A DNA stretch of 64,000 bases from Phoronis australis (lineage: Eukaryota > Animalia > Phoronida): NCBI GenBank assembly GCA_002633005.1, contig NMRA01000309.1:186001-250000 (forward strand). The letters are read 5' to 3'. The position numbers and the translations under genes were made by a program. Under the pieces are notes generated by a model. It saw only the letters and a program-made list of their open reading frames with translations. It ran no database searches and was not told where the DNA came from. This document shows positions 12,103 through 24,114 of the stretch, piece after piece. The first letter of the stretch is position 1; each line of letters opens with the position of its first letter.

Positions 12103-12635
12103 AAGGATGTCATATCCGGTTTTGGCCTATTAACAGATGTTAAAAACGACATTCACATGCAGTTCTCTGAAACGAAATAATGCTCTGTAACTGTCGACAA
12201 TATTTGGATCAAAATTTGAAAATTCCTTTCAAAATCTGCTTAACTAATAAGTGTAACGTGCGCTTTAGGCGTGTTACACGACAACTGTAGGGAAAGACCG
12301 CCCACCAAGAACGATGTTACCCAATCTAAGACCAGTAGCGTGCAGAGGTTTGGTGATGCCCGCGACGATTTTTTGTTGTACGCCCCACTCGCTATTCGAA
12401 TATATGGACCTTTGTACTGAGAACATTAAAAAAATGAAACATAAAATAGAATAATTATTCAATTAAACTACAAATCAGTTACAGTTTCAAAAAGTTTCTT
12501 CACGCCTCTTCTGCACTCTGCTGTTTGTTTTTCATTGAATCCGGTTTTTGTTACTCAAATTGGCGCCAATGATTCATGAACAGGTGACAGAACGAGGATT
12601 GTTTGAAATCACAAAAAGCTGGCTTTAGTATCCTT
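12103..12635. mobile_element. Kolobok-like non-autonomous element, copy B
   Basis: TTAA|AAGGAT...ATCCTT|TTAA; shares TTTTGGCCTATTAACAGA, TATGCTCTGTAAC, TAGGGAAAGACC and CGAGGATTGT blocks with copy A. Confidence 0.7.
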
Positions 12636-13725
12636 TTAACAAAATGGACACTTTGTCTCGCCCATCGTGACCGCCTTTTTGAGGTTCAATATGGCTGATA
12701 TTTTTCAGCGTTATCAGTCAGACGGCCACAGTTCAGTTGACTCAGGAGATCACGATGTGTTATCATGTGCATTGCAAATAAAGATAGACAAGGGAAACGT
12801 GTTTGTCATATGCGACCTATGATCATAGACCATGTCCTGTTATAGGGTGGACTAAAAAAAAAACTTGCAATGCACTCGTTTTTAAAATGTGACGAAATGA
12901 GAGTGGTGTGGAAGGTCATTGGACACAAAACATTATTAGAGTGATTTTGTCAATCAGTTCCAACATCAGCCAACCGATTGCATCTCAAAACGTAGTGTGG
13001 GATGACTGATTATGACAGCGACATCTAATGGACAATTTACACTGCCGTATGATGGGCATGTTCTAATTTATGGGTATGCCTTCGTAATCACGAAATGGTC
13101 CTGCTCAGGGTATGCGCCGATTCCACTTAAGGTTATCTAGGAACTCATCGATAAGACAGTGCATCTAGTCAAATATTTGCAAAACTATAGATTTTAACTT
13201 AATGGAAGTAAATGTCTTTGAATATACAAAGACCTTACAATTTGAATTTTGTTTTTATACTAATCTGCCATGAATCGGGTCACGTGACTTTGTGTTTTTA
13301 GTAAATTTTAGTAAAACAGAAAGGTACACGCATAGCAAAGTACCGATAACATGACCGATCTTATTGTTCAAGATCAAATCTCAAAAACTTTGTTACAGTT
13401 TTCTGAATTGTAAATTTACTTTTATGCGAGTTTTGATTGTTTCAGAAAAGGCAGTGGAGTCTAATTTTATAGCCAGTTTCTGACAGCGTTTTGCAGAACA
13501 ATGCGTAAAGCAAAGTATCCGAAAGTTTCGTATTAATTCAACAGGGCATTTCTGAGATATAATGTTCCAAAATTAGTGTGAAGTTTGGAATTTTTCTAGG
13601 GTCCTACATAACCTTAAGTATTTTATCAAGAAATATAAAAACTTCTAATGAGCCGATTTTATAGCATAGCCTTTGACAAACCCTGTACGAAAAAGTGTGC
13701 TTTCAAGGCATTCGCGCGAAGAAAT

Positions 13726-13789
13726 ATGTCCGGACTTGGAGTGCAACAGCCACCTATTGATCGAGGATGGGCGTGGTTCGTATGCTTCG
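13726..13789 (+). CDS. SLC16/monocarboxylate transporter family MFS protein, coding exon 1
   Basis: MSGLGVQQPPIDRGWAWFVCF matches the SLC16 PPDGGWGW motif; donor G|GTGAGT (phase 1). Confidence 0.9.
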
Positions 13790-14482
13790 GTGAGTTTAGG
13801 CAAGCTTTTCGTAGACGAAAGGAAAAGCAAGATTTCGCAAGACTTGGTGGCCACTGAAGTCATTGGTCGGTGAAGTTGGAGTGTTGAATTATGGGGTTGA
13901 ATTCACTGTTTCCAATCCGTAAGCGATGGTTTTTTCGCTGCACGCTCAGGTTAATATCTTAGCATCTACAACCACATGCGAGTGGAAGCTACTGAGATCA
14001 CGTGCTCAGTGTGTTAAACGCCAGGTTCTGCAAGTCTTATTGTACCTGGAGTTGCAGATATACGTAATGGACCTCCAAATTGTTTGTTTTGGGTGACTGA
14101 CAGCAGCAAATATAAGAACAGGAAGTGGGTATAGTGGGGCGAGCACTTCCCGATAAACCGACCAAAGAAAATCTTGTTTTGCTGTATATGAGTTCCCTCA
14201 GCCGCTCTATCGTGAATTTTATGATGCTTCAGTGGTGGCGAAACTTCGCGACAACAGAGGGGGGTCGGAATTGGGTGAGCGAAAATGGTGGCAATCGATG
14301 GGGAACCGAACTTCGTGGCAACCGAGAGAGGGAAAAGTGGTGCCGACGGGTGGGGTCTTCATACATCACTTATTTTTGTGTACAAATAAATTTTTAATTT
14401 TCTTCACATACTCCAAACGCTTGAATCGCCGTCTCTTGGATACGCAGAAAGATTTTTATCACCTGTTAAAGATCTATTTCAG

Positions 14483-14626
14483 CCTACGGTGGCCATAAAA
14501 TGGTGAACAATTTGATAGTCCGAGGTACGTCCATCTTTTTCCTGGAATTTATGAAGACATATGATGCATCCGTGGCCGCAGTCTCCGTCATTCCTGCTCT
14601 TCAATTATTTCTGGCTTTCTTTCTTA
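14483..14626 (+). CDS. SLC16/MCT transporter, exon 2 (not in the ORF track)
   Basis: TTTCAG| acceptor, 144 nt, AYGGHKMVNNLIVRGTSIFFLEFMKTYDASVAAVSVIPALQLFLAFFL (TM1-TM2), donor A|GTAAGT; the frame joins both neighbouring exons. Confidence 0.88.
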
Positions 14627-15471
14627 GTAAGTTATCTTACATTTAACAGTCATCAGCAGTTTGTAAATAGACTAACGTGCAACCGTGTGTCAAACTTTAG
14701 AAAGTAAAAACCGTGACGTAGTAGGGCTACCTTCAGGAGAATGAATTCTTCGTAAACGACACAGGGCGTTGACCGGTAGCAGAAAGTTTCGCAGGAAAGC
14801 GAGACCACGGCTTTAATTTGATTAATTATATCAATTATAGTTGTTTCATGGTCTGCTATCGTTTATGTGTCTGGTAGCTGCTAGTGTGAAGTAAATTTTA
14901 ATTAAACAACCACCTTTGAACTCTACAGTGCATGTCTTATACGTCATTCGAATGTTTGGAGATTGACAGTTGACATCTATCAATAATTTTTCAATAAGAA
15001 AAGGTATAATGCGTTTGCATTTAGTGCAATCTTTATCATAATGATAATGAATATGTTGAGGGAGGTTGCCATCTAGTGCATTATAGCGGAAAGTATGATA
15101 CCATACTGGATTTAGTTGCAAACTTTGAGTGATAGGTCATTGGCTGCGACTGTGGTCTTTTTAAGGTGCTGCGACACTTGGTGCTGGATGTCAATCCTGA
15201 GGTAAAAGGGGAGAAAATACTCGGTTCTACTATGTGATAGGTTGATTTTAAACCGTTTCTATTTTTAAGCATGGTTGTCTGAAATGCAACCTATCACATA
15301 CTTTGTAGCGAGTATTGTTTGAAGTTCAGTTCTCGTCGTTTACCTCAGGACCGATAAAAGCCGCGACGTGTCCGCAGACGCTTCAGGAAATCGACAGTTG
15401 TAGCCGACGAAACGTCGCTAAAAATTTTCAAGTAAGTCTAGTATGAACGACTGCGTTGCTTTTACTTTCAG

Positions 15472-15615
15472 GCCCTATAAGTAATGTGCTCGCTGTTAAG
15501 TATGGTGTTAGGCCGGTGGTAGTGGCCGGAGGTATTATTAACGCTGCAGCCTTCATCATCAGCATGTTTGCAACCAGCGTCACCTATCTCTACTTCTCAT
15601 ATGCAGTAATCACGG
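15472..15615 (+). CDS. SLC16/MCT transporter, exon 3
   Basis: TTTCAG| acceptor, SPISNVLAVKYGVRPVVVAGG...YLYFSYAVITG (MFS loop 2-3 motif), donor G|GTAAGA. Confidence 0.92.
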
Positions 15616-16354
15616 GTAAGATATTCTACAAGCAATGAGTTTAAAAGCTTTAACATAGCAAGACGAAACGGAATGCTTCGCACACGCTCCTTCCTTAACT
15701 TAGAAGCAGTAGTTAGTGTTCCGGATACATTCGTTCTCATATTCAAACTGCCAGGACGTACAATCACCACCAGTGAATCTATACATTCACGTCAAAAGTT
15801 TGTGAGCACGGTCTAAAGTAACACCATGACGTCCCAGTGTTTCAGGTGTCTGTGACTGGCCTTTCGAAACTCTACAATGACTGGAAACGCAGCTGTCGCG
15901 TGATCAATTATTAGTACATATTGTAAGACTCCATGGTAAGGCTACGTTTGCGCCAATAGAATCCAATAGGTGTGTATGTGGTGGAATTTCTTACATTCAA
16001 TCAAGCCTGCTCTGCCTTGATTTCCTGCCGAGTACTACATTTGACCCTTACTTCTCTTTTGCTGCCCACATGCTGCACCTCTTTATTGGTTCTTTCCTAT
16101 TGGTCACCTCTTTTCCATTTTTATCTACGATTCCTTTGTTTATGTATCTATCACTTATTATAATTGTGTTTACCTCACATACTTCCAAAAACTTGATATA
16201 CATACTCCAGTTTGGTTCTATGCAGTGCCTAGGAGGACTGATATATCTATTATAGTCGATAATATTCTCTCAATACGACATTATTTTTAATATAGTATCT
16301 GCGTTTTACATGATTCTACATGTCCTGCTCTTATACAAACCTCTCTCGTATGGA

Positions 16355-17092
16355 ATGTTGTACTCTGCGCACACTCCTCACATCACATCTATCCATTCTC
16401 TTCACACACTCATCATATCACATCTATCCAGTCTCTGCACACACTCCTCACATCATATCTATCCAATCTCTTCACGCACTTGTCGCATCACATCTATCCA
16501 ACCTATGCACACTTTCCTCACTTCATTTCTATCCAATCTCTTCACACACTCGTCGCATCATATCTATGCAACCTATGCACACGCTTCTCACATCATTTCT
16601 ATCCAATCTTTTCACACACTCGTCGCATCACATCTATCCAACCTATGCACACGCTCCTCACGTCATTTCTATCCAATCTCTTCACACACTCGTCGCATCA
16701 TATCTATGCAACCTATGCACACGCTTCTCACATCATTTCTATCCAATCTTTTCACACACTCGTCGCATCACATCTATCCAACCTATGCACACGCTCCTCA
16801 CGTCATTTCTATCCAATATCTTCACACACTCGTCGCATCACATCTATCCAACCTATGCACACACTCCTCACATCATTTCTATCCAATCTCTTCACACAAT
16901 CGTCGCATCACATCTATCCAACCTATGCACACACTCCTCACATCATTTCTATCCAATCTCTTCACACACTCGTCGCATCACATCTATCCAACCTATGCGC
17001 ACACTCCTCACATCATTTTTATCCAATCTCTTCACACACTCGTCGCATCACATCTATCCAACCTATGCACACGCTCCTCACATCATTTCTAT
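16355..17092. repeat. Intronic minisatellite, 70-bp unit (about 10.5 copies)
   Basis: ATCCAAT recurs at 16531, 16601, 16671, 16741, 16811, 16881, 16951 and 17021. The unit consists of two related halves of about 35 bp. Confidence 0.95.
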
Positions 17093-17326
17093 TCAATCGG
17101 TATTTGAAGTAAGAGTAGACGATTTTCTGTCAACACCTTCTCAGTCTTTATGAAGGCAGGAGTATCATAAGTTTCTTGAGACCTTTGTTTTTTGCGTTTT
17201 ACATCAACAACTTGCCTTCAGACAACACCTACAAAACGTTTTCTTCTTTTTATGATACAACACTTTTTATACATATGTAAAAGACAACCAAAGAGCGGTT
17301 ACGCAATTATAGACTTAGACAATCTC

Positions 17327-17685
17327 GTCCAGAGCCTAATCGTTGCACTCAAAGTGTGACTTGAAATTATTCCTGCCCTTTTCCGTCCTACGTTTGAGTG
17401 AATTCAAGATAGTTGTATACTGTTCTGTGCTCGGGCACATTATGAATTTCTAGTCCAAGTTCGCACTTGATGACCCCTAAATTTGATCTAAAAACTCGAG
17501 ATTCAAGTTCAGACTCTTTGATGCTTGGATCATCAAGTAGAAATTAATAAGCCCTTCGTCCAAGTCAACCATAACGCACTTGAGCGCAGAATAATAGCTT
17601 CTTACCTTGAGTTCGCGCAAAAGTAGAATGGAAAATGTCCAAAAAAATTCTAGTCCGTCTTCGTGTACAAAGATTAGACCCTGGG
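17327..17685. mobile_element. MITE with degenerate TIRs of about 120 bp, copy A
   Basis: Ends are inverted (CCAGAGCCTAATCGTTGCAC.. / ..GTACAAAGATTAGACCCTGGG); homologous to 30468-30868. Confidence 0.65.
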
Positions 17686-17779
17686 CTCATAAGTGGCGCA
17701 TGAACTTCAAGGGTCAAAATCTTGTTGACCTCACCCAGCATACGATCCGAGCCTGATTGGTGAAATCATCCCCAAAAAC

Positions 17780-18304
17780 TATCGTTTGCCAAATTGGTGA
17801 ACATCATGCACGTAAATCACGTGCGTAAATTAATTCTTGTTAGTGGCGTAAATTAATTATTAACGCAGTAAATTGATTAGTTGGGGGGTAAAATAATTTT
17901 TTTACGACGTGAATTGATTATTTGCTGCACAAATTAACTTTCAACGGCGTAAGTTAATTCTTTGCGGCGTAAAGTAATTATTTACGGCGTAAATTAATTA
18001 TTTTGCTGCGTAAATTAACTTTTAACTACGTAAAATTATTATTTGCTTCGTAAATTTATCGTTGGCCAAATGGGTGAGCGTTACGCACGTAAATTACGTC
18101 CGAAAATTTATAAACGCCATAAATAATTAATTTACGCGGTAAAGACTTAATTTACACTGTTAAAAGTTATTTCACGCTGCAAAATAATTAATTTATGCCG
18201 CAAGTAATTAATTTAAGCCATTAATAATTAATTTACGTCACCAACAAGAATTAATTTACTCATGTAATTTATGTTCGTAACGTTCACCCATTTGGCTAAT
18301 GATA
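17780..18304. mobile_element. Foldback-like element with long TIRs built of about 20-bp subrepeats
   Basis: The left end TATCGTTTGCCAAATTGGTGAAC..CGTAAATTAATTCTTGTTAGTGGCGTAAATT is the reverse complement of the right end. Subrepeat CGTAAATTAATTATTTGCGG; AAAAC on both flanks. Confidence 0.75.
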
Positions 18305-18343
18305 AAAACAATCACATAAACGTCTAATTATCGTAGATGAGAC

Positions 18344-19096
18344 CATAGGCGGATTTAGGGGGGGCCAGGGGGCGCAAAAAAAATAAAACAGTAAGAGCGT
18401 AGGGAAATGTTGAGTTTATTAATTAACACTGGTAATTAAAATTATACGGATGAAAAAAGATTTAAATGTGTGCCGTTTTAGTGTTGGGGGGGGNCAGAAG
18501 CTGCTGGTAAGATGTGAATTTTAATCGAAGCCTTAGTGAATCACTCAGAAACTCGCAATACTCTCTTTGTCAAACCTTATGTTAAGACGATTTCCAAAGC
18601 AATCCCGTCATTATTGCCAACACGAAAAACGGATTTGATCTTTTGGGCATTTGAAGACTATTTTAAACTATACGACAAATTTGTTAAGAATCGATGGCAC
18701 AAAACGTGTAATAAGCATTACAAAAAGAAGCAAACGCTGTGGACCATAATTTAAACAAGTAGATCTCTTAGTATGCGATAAGTAGTTTAATCGTGGTGGT
18801 GTAGTGGTAACGCACGCGCACACTACGCGCAAGGTCGTGAGTTCGAGTCTTTGATACTTGTAGTTTTTCCTGTTTGACATATTTTCCTTCTTTGCCTTTT
18901 TTCTTGGATAATACATCAGGAATCAAGGAAAATGCTTGATTTTTAGAGGTAAAAACAGAAAAATTTCCTGGGCCCCCTCCCGACCTCCCCCCATTCGGTG
19001 CTATGCGCGTCTACAATCGAGGTTCAGTTTGCGCAAATGTTTACAGCCGGACAAAATGTTGGCTCCCCCCCTTGTGATGTCCTAGATCCGCCACTG
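18344..19096. mobile_element. hAT-like non-autonomous element (CA..GGCGGA / TCCGCCACTG ends) containing a tRNA-like SINE head at about 18795-18860
   Basis: Termini CATAGGCGGATTTAGG / CCTAGATCCGCCACTG; flanks TGAGA(C) / TGAGA. Confidence 0.65.
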
Positions 19097-20048
19097 TGAG
19101 AAACCCTTATTTGAAACAGTGTCATCCCCTTGTGAAAAAATTCGGATGCTACTCAACCCAATGGAACTTGCATCGAAACATTTGTACTCCCTCATTTTGA
19201 CTATGATTACATATTGTACCAAGCAGCTGGTGCGGGACGTTTGGTTCAATTGGACAAATAACGTAACAGGACACACTTATCATTAACAGTTCCATCAAAC
19301 GCTCAAATGCATACTTGAAAATCTGAATAGATCCCACCTGTCAATGAGGAGAAAGTTACACTTGATTCAGTGGTATATTCAAAATTATAGCGTTGTAAAC
19401 AATGTGAAGAACACGTCCAAAAATGTTTTGACGTTTATCGGCGGTGTAACATTAAACCAGCATATGTTCACTAGTTACACGGTCTTAGGATCGAGCTATC
19501 CATAAATCCTCTTTAAACTCTGAATAAGACATAGAAACGTGGAACACCACTCCAACAAATAATGGTTCTTTATTATCATTAGAATCTTATTTTCATCAAT
19601 ATCTTTGAGAAAAAATATGTTATTCCACTAATTAGCTTCAGTCATATACCCCGTTCCAATTAAATTAGTCTGAACAGATTGAGTTCAGAATTAATGTTAA
19701 ATTCTGACGACAAATTAGGCGCAATTTTCAGAATATTTCGCCCCTTTACTACTTTAGATCCGCCCAAACCGATATTCAACTATTTTTGTTGTACTGTCAA
19801 GTGTGTTCTGTGGTTCCGAACCCAAGGGGCTACTCGTCGACAATATGAAAGGCAAAACTAATAGCATTCCACTATTGAGTGTTTCATTTAAGTTGGAAAA
19901 TATTAGTTCTCAAACTTCTTATGACTTGCTCAAGGACGTCAATCAATTACTCCTAAGTTAAGTTGCCAACCCCCTCCAAAGTGCATTATAACTGTTATTC
20001 ATATCACTGTCATGACTAACCTATCTGTAGAAAAGAAATAAACCCTAA

Positions 20049-20151
20049 TAGTGGACCAACATTTCAACTGAGCGACGTTGCGTCCTCATGGCGAGGACTT
20101 TCACTACCTAATGCCGTCGCATGGTCGCTCAGTTGAAATTTAAGTCCGGCA
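20049..20151. mobile_element. Small palindromic MITE (Harbinger-like)
   Basis: ATTTCAACTGAGCGAC / GTCGCTCAGTTGAAAT inverted repeat; TAA and TTA flanks. Confidence 0.6.
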
Positions 20152-20198
20152 TTAAGCTTTAGTTCTTTTCTGTATTTAGCGACTAGATGTCTAATATT

Positions 20199-20212
20199 CG
20201 TGCGTGCGTGTG

Positions 20213-20243
<31 letters not shown>
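20199..20243. repeat. (GT)n microsatellite
   Basis: Direct observation. Confidence 0.95.
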
Positions 20244-20244
<1 letters not shown>

Positions 20245-20548
20245 CTTGATAGGACTTGTTCGCCAACAAGAACATACAGAGCCTCAACAAGTCCCCAATT
20301 TATTTTGAATTTCTCAAGCCCTGAAATTCAAAATTGACCAGCAGGAAAAAAGTAATAGTCATGTAATTCACACAACACTGACCATTTCCCGTTAGTTCAT
20401 AGCAGTCATATCAGATGTTGGTTTTGGCTTTTCGGTTAAGAAATCGAAATGTGTTTATAGTGACAGCTAAACAGGAATAAATGCAGCGTTAATACAACGT
20501 CCTGGTTTTGTTTTTGAATTTCCTCTGTAAGTTTCTGTATCTTTACAG

Positions 20549-21787
20549 GAATTGGCATGAGCACAAGTACTGGACCACCAGCGCTAACAGTGAGTCGGTA
20601 CTTTTCAAAAAAGAAAGCCCTTGCATTTGGACTAACAGGTCTTGGTATGGGAGCCGGCGCCATGACAGGATCAGTGTTAGTTCGACATTTAGTTGACCAG
20701 TACGGGTTAAAAGGAGCTTTGCTGATATTCAGTGCAATACAGCTACATGGCTCTTTGTTAGGGCTGTTATACAGACCACTAAGCTTTTATCAGAATCGCT
20801 CTTTGAGAAATTTCGACCCAAGTAGACTGGAAGATGGAAAACAAAGCTTGGAGTTGGAAATATGTACATCACCTGCAACTCAAATAGAAACGCAAAGCAA
20901 GCAAACCGTAACGACACATGAAATTCGTGATCGTTCAAGATCATTGAATGTTCAACAGATCGCAACCACGTATCAGATTGAACTAAGAACGGGCGAATAC
21001 GAAGAGACTTCAATTCAAAGAAACATCAAACATTACGAAAATTTGCACACGAACTCGAGACAAAGGTCGAGGTCCGTGATGTCAGTCCCGGCAGGACGAG
21101 TGCGCACAACTTCGACGATGTCAACCAAATCAAAGACTTCCGCCGGTGTTTCCACCCTTGCACTTAGTGAGCTTTCGTGTCTTTCTGTTGCACTAACGGT
21201 ACAAGACCTGTCCCAATTTTACGACGACAGTGACGAGGACCAATTATCGGAAATAGACCAACAGCAAGAAGACGCAATAAATGAAAATGAAAACACTCAG
21301 AAGAAAATACTTAAAAAGGCCTTTATTTTACAATTTATAAAAAACCCAATGTATTGGGCGATTGTTTTGAGTTCTTTTTTCGCCGTATTTGGAACAACGC
21401 CTGTATTCACCATTCTCACGGCCTATTGTAATGATATGAGCATCTCTTCAGATCGAATAGCCTTAATAGTTTCTCTCTCCGCTATTCCCGATTTCTGCAT
21501 CAGACCTTTTATAGGGTGGATATCTGACAAAGAGGTCGTTCCTAAGGTTTTAATCCAAATCGTATCCCTACTCCTCGCCTCCCTGGTGGCTTTTCTCTGG
21601 ACTCAATGTAGAACATTTGAGAGTGTTTTAGCGGCGTCACTGATTGCCATTATTCTTCTCTGCACAAGTTCTACGGTAGTTGCTCCTGTCATAATCGACA
21701 CGTTTGGTTTGGCCTCAATGCCATTTGTTCTTGGAACCATCCTGTTTGTCCAATCCTTTGCGTTTCTGCTATCACCAACATTATCAG
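20549..21787 (+). CDS. SLC16/MCT transporter, exon 4 (TM5-TM11 and large cytoplasmic loop)
   Basis: TTTACAG| acceptor; motifs VSRYFSKKKALAFG, LLYRPL and PDFCIRPFIGWISD (conserved TM8 D..R); ends CAG|GCAAGT (GC donor). Confidence 0.92.
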
Positions 21788-22753
21788 GCAAGTTCTTTTT
21801 GTTTATATGTATACAAATGTCTTGTTTAACACACGCCATATTGTAGCTTGGCACTGAACTCGACTTTTTTATGTTAACAAAATCACTTGAATTATTCAAT
21901 GAATGTTATGTTTAGTTCTATAGCGTTCTTTAACTCACATAGGCTTCAAAAGGTGCTGGTGTCAATTTAACTGAATTAGTTTGTAAACCATTGTGCCAAG
22001 AACTGAAAACATTGTGGGTGTAATTTCAAGCTACCTTCACTCGAGTAAAAATTTCGAGGAAAACTTCCGCAATTAGAGTTAGGTCTCCCGAGTCTAAATT
22101 TGGCAACGAAAACATCGTGAATGTCAAAAGAAATTTCCAGTTAAGGGATTTTACAGCAATTTTGAATATTTGAGCCGTGTTCTGTAGCCTACTTTTAGTA
22201 AAATAAAAACTTACTACAAACATTTTGCCTCTGCAGCTGATTGTTAGCTGTGAGCCAATACTAACATATCGGTTTAGAACAGGGTGTCGAATTATTTGCT
22301 TTTTATGGTGCTTGTTCTCACTTACAATTCTTCCCCCATGACACGCGTTTAAATGGTGCATTTCAGCACCTGTAGCCATGTAAAAATATCAGATAAAAAT
22401 GCGGATACCAGATTAATCTGCAGCTACAATTTTTAGACTGCTATTCTTCACACTAAATTTTGGTAAGTCGTTAATTTCGATTTTTGTATTCGTAAGATAT
22501 TTTTTCTAGAATTTTGATTCCGGAAAAACTATAAATTTATGCAAAAAGATTCGTGTGAACGAGCCGTTTAAAACGTTCAATTGTGACATTTATATATGAG
22601 CTGAGGCGAGTCATGAACTTACACATATCGCGTAATTAAGCACCAGCATTCAGTTTTTAAAAATTGGCACTTTGTATTTTTGTACACACTGTTTTTATTT
22701 CAACAACAGCGCCAGCACGTTACAGAAAAAATAACTGAAAACTGTTGTTTTAG

Positions 22754-22884
22754 GGTATCTACGAGACGTCTCTGGCGATTGGTCCTCTGTGTACACAATG
22801 TCAGCAAGCCTTGGTATTGGATCGGCTGCAACTTTGGCAGTGATTCCAATTTACCAGAAACTTCACAAAACCGAAGACCCTTGA
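22754..22884 (+). CDS. SLC16/MCT transporter, terminal exon 5 (TM12)
   Basis: TTTTAG| acceptor; GYLRDVSGDWSSVYTMSASLGIGSAATLAVIPIYQKLHKTEDP* matches the SLC16 GxLxDxxGxY motif. The total CDS is 1722 nt (573 aa). AATAAA signals occur at about 23172 and 23261. Confidence 0.88.
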
Positions 22885-24114
22885 AAGTCATGCACGCACC
22901 AGTTTCGCAGTGGAACCAAGACTTTCGCACAGAACAGTGGCACTGGCCAGTGATGGTTCTCTATTTTTGTCTGTCAATGGAACATTCCGTCATTCCAATT
23001 GTTTTGAAATTTGAGGTGATTTGGGGAGGTAGAAATAATCAAACAACCACAGATTAAATTGATCCTTTCCACTCAAATGCTCGTCGATTTTACTTATTAG
23101 GTTTTATTGTGACATTTTAAATGAGGGTGACCACTTCAGTTAAAACACTGCTTTACGAGAGGGACCTCACGAATAAAGCAGCAAATACATTAAATTACAT
23201 ACAGTACAATATACTACAAGACAGTTGTTGAAATTGAAATGTAATAATAATATACAATCAAATAAATGCGAAAAAATAAAAAGCAATTAGTAATTCACGT
23301 GGATGGATGACAATAACTTCATCTGATAAGAGGCAAGAAGACAAGCCATATTAAAGTGGAGTAAACCGGTGTTCCGTCGGAGAAACTATTTTGATTCAGA
23401 CCACCTACCACTATAAAAGTGGTCTTAACGTGTTCCTTGTTCAGATGAAAAGTCATTTTTGAACTTCCAAAGAACTGGCGTTTTTGTTATTGCTCAGAGA
23501 ATAGAATGACACGTTATGACATTTCAGCTGGTAAAGTCTTGTTTCAAGCAATAATGCCAGTTCTTGCCACGCCGAGAATCCATTTTGACTAAACAGGAGT
23601 TTGAGACCAATTTAACTAAGATAAGGGGTGTAAGTCAAATGTAGTTTTTGTGAAGGAAGGCGGGCCTTTGGATGGTAAAAAATAGTGCCACTATTTACAT
23701 AAATCAGTCATGATGCAGCACCTTAAAATAAGACTCGAACAGTTGGAAGAAGGTTTAATGATAGTTAGGGATACTTTTATGGAATTGTATTATTTAACAT
23801 TTGGAGTACTGGCATAAACAGATGACCAATTACCGGTCTTAGTTTTTAACTTTATTAATGCGACAGTACCTGCAACAGCGAGTTGAGTGGAATACGTATA
23901 CGTGTTGGTCAGTGTTGAGATGTTGGAGCAAAATAATTCTCACATTTAAATATTTAGCAAGCCGAGAGATATTCATCTGAATCATTATCGCCCGGGTTAT
24001 GCTACGAGCTATGTTGCAGGGTAAAACAAGGTGTAGGTAGTTAGATAAACATTCGTCATTTCATTTCAAACCTTTATTGAAAGAATGATGGAGACCTGGA
24101 AAGACATGCTTACT

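Noticed and set aside
16310-17153. Three overlapping His-rich ORFs (210-277 aa) as real genes
   Set aside because: They are a by-product of a G-poor 70-bp tandem repeat in an intron; the period is not a multiple of 3.
18480-18500. Ambiguous base N after a G-run
   Set aside because: Assembly ambiguity or a gap marker, not biology; the length of the surrounding element may be unreliable.
20557-21846. Stand-alone 429-aa single-exon transporter
   Set aside because: It is exon 4 of a 5-exon SLC16 gene; TM1-4 and TM12 are in other exons.
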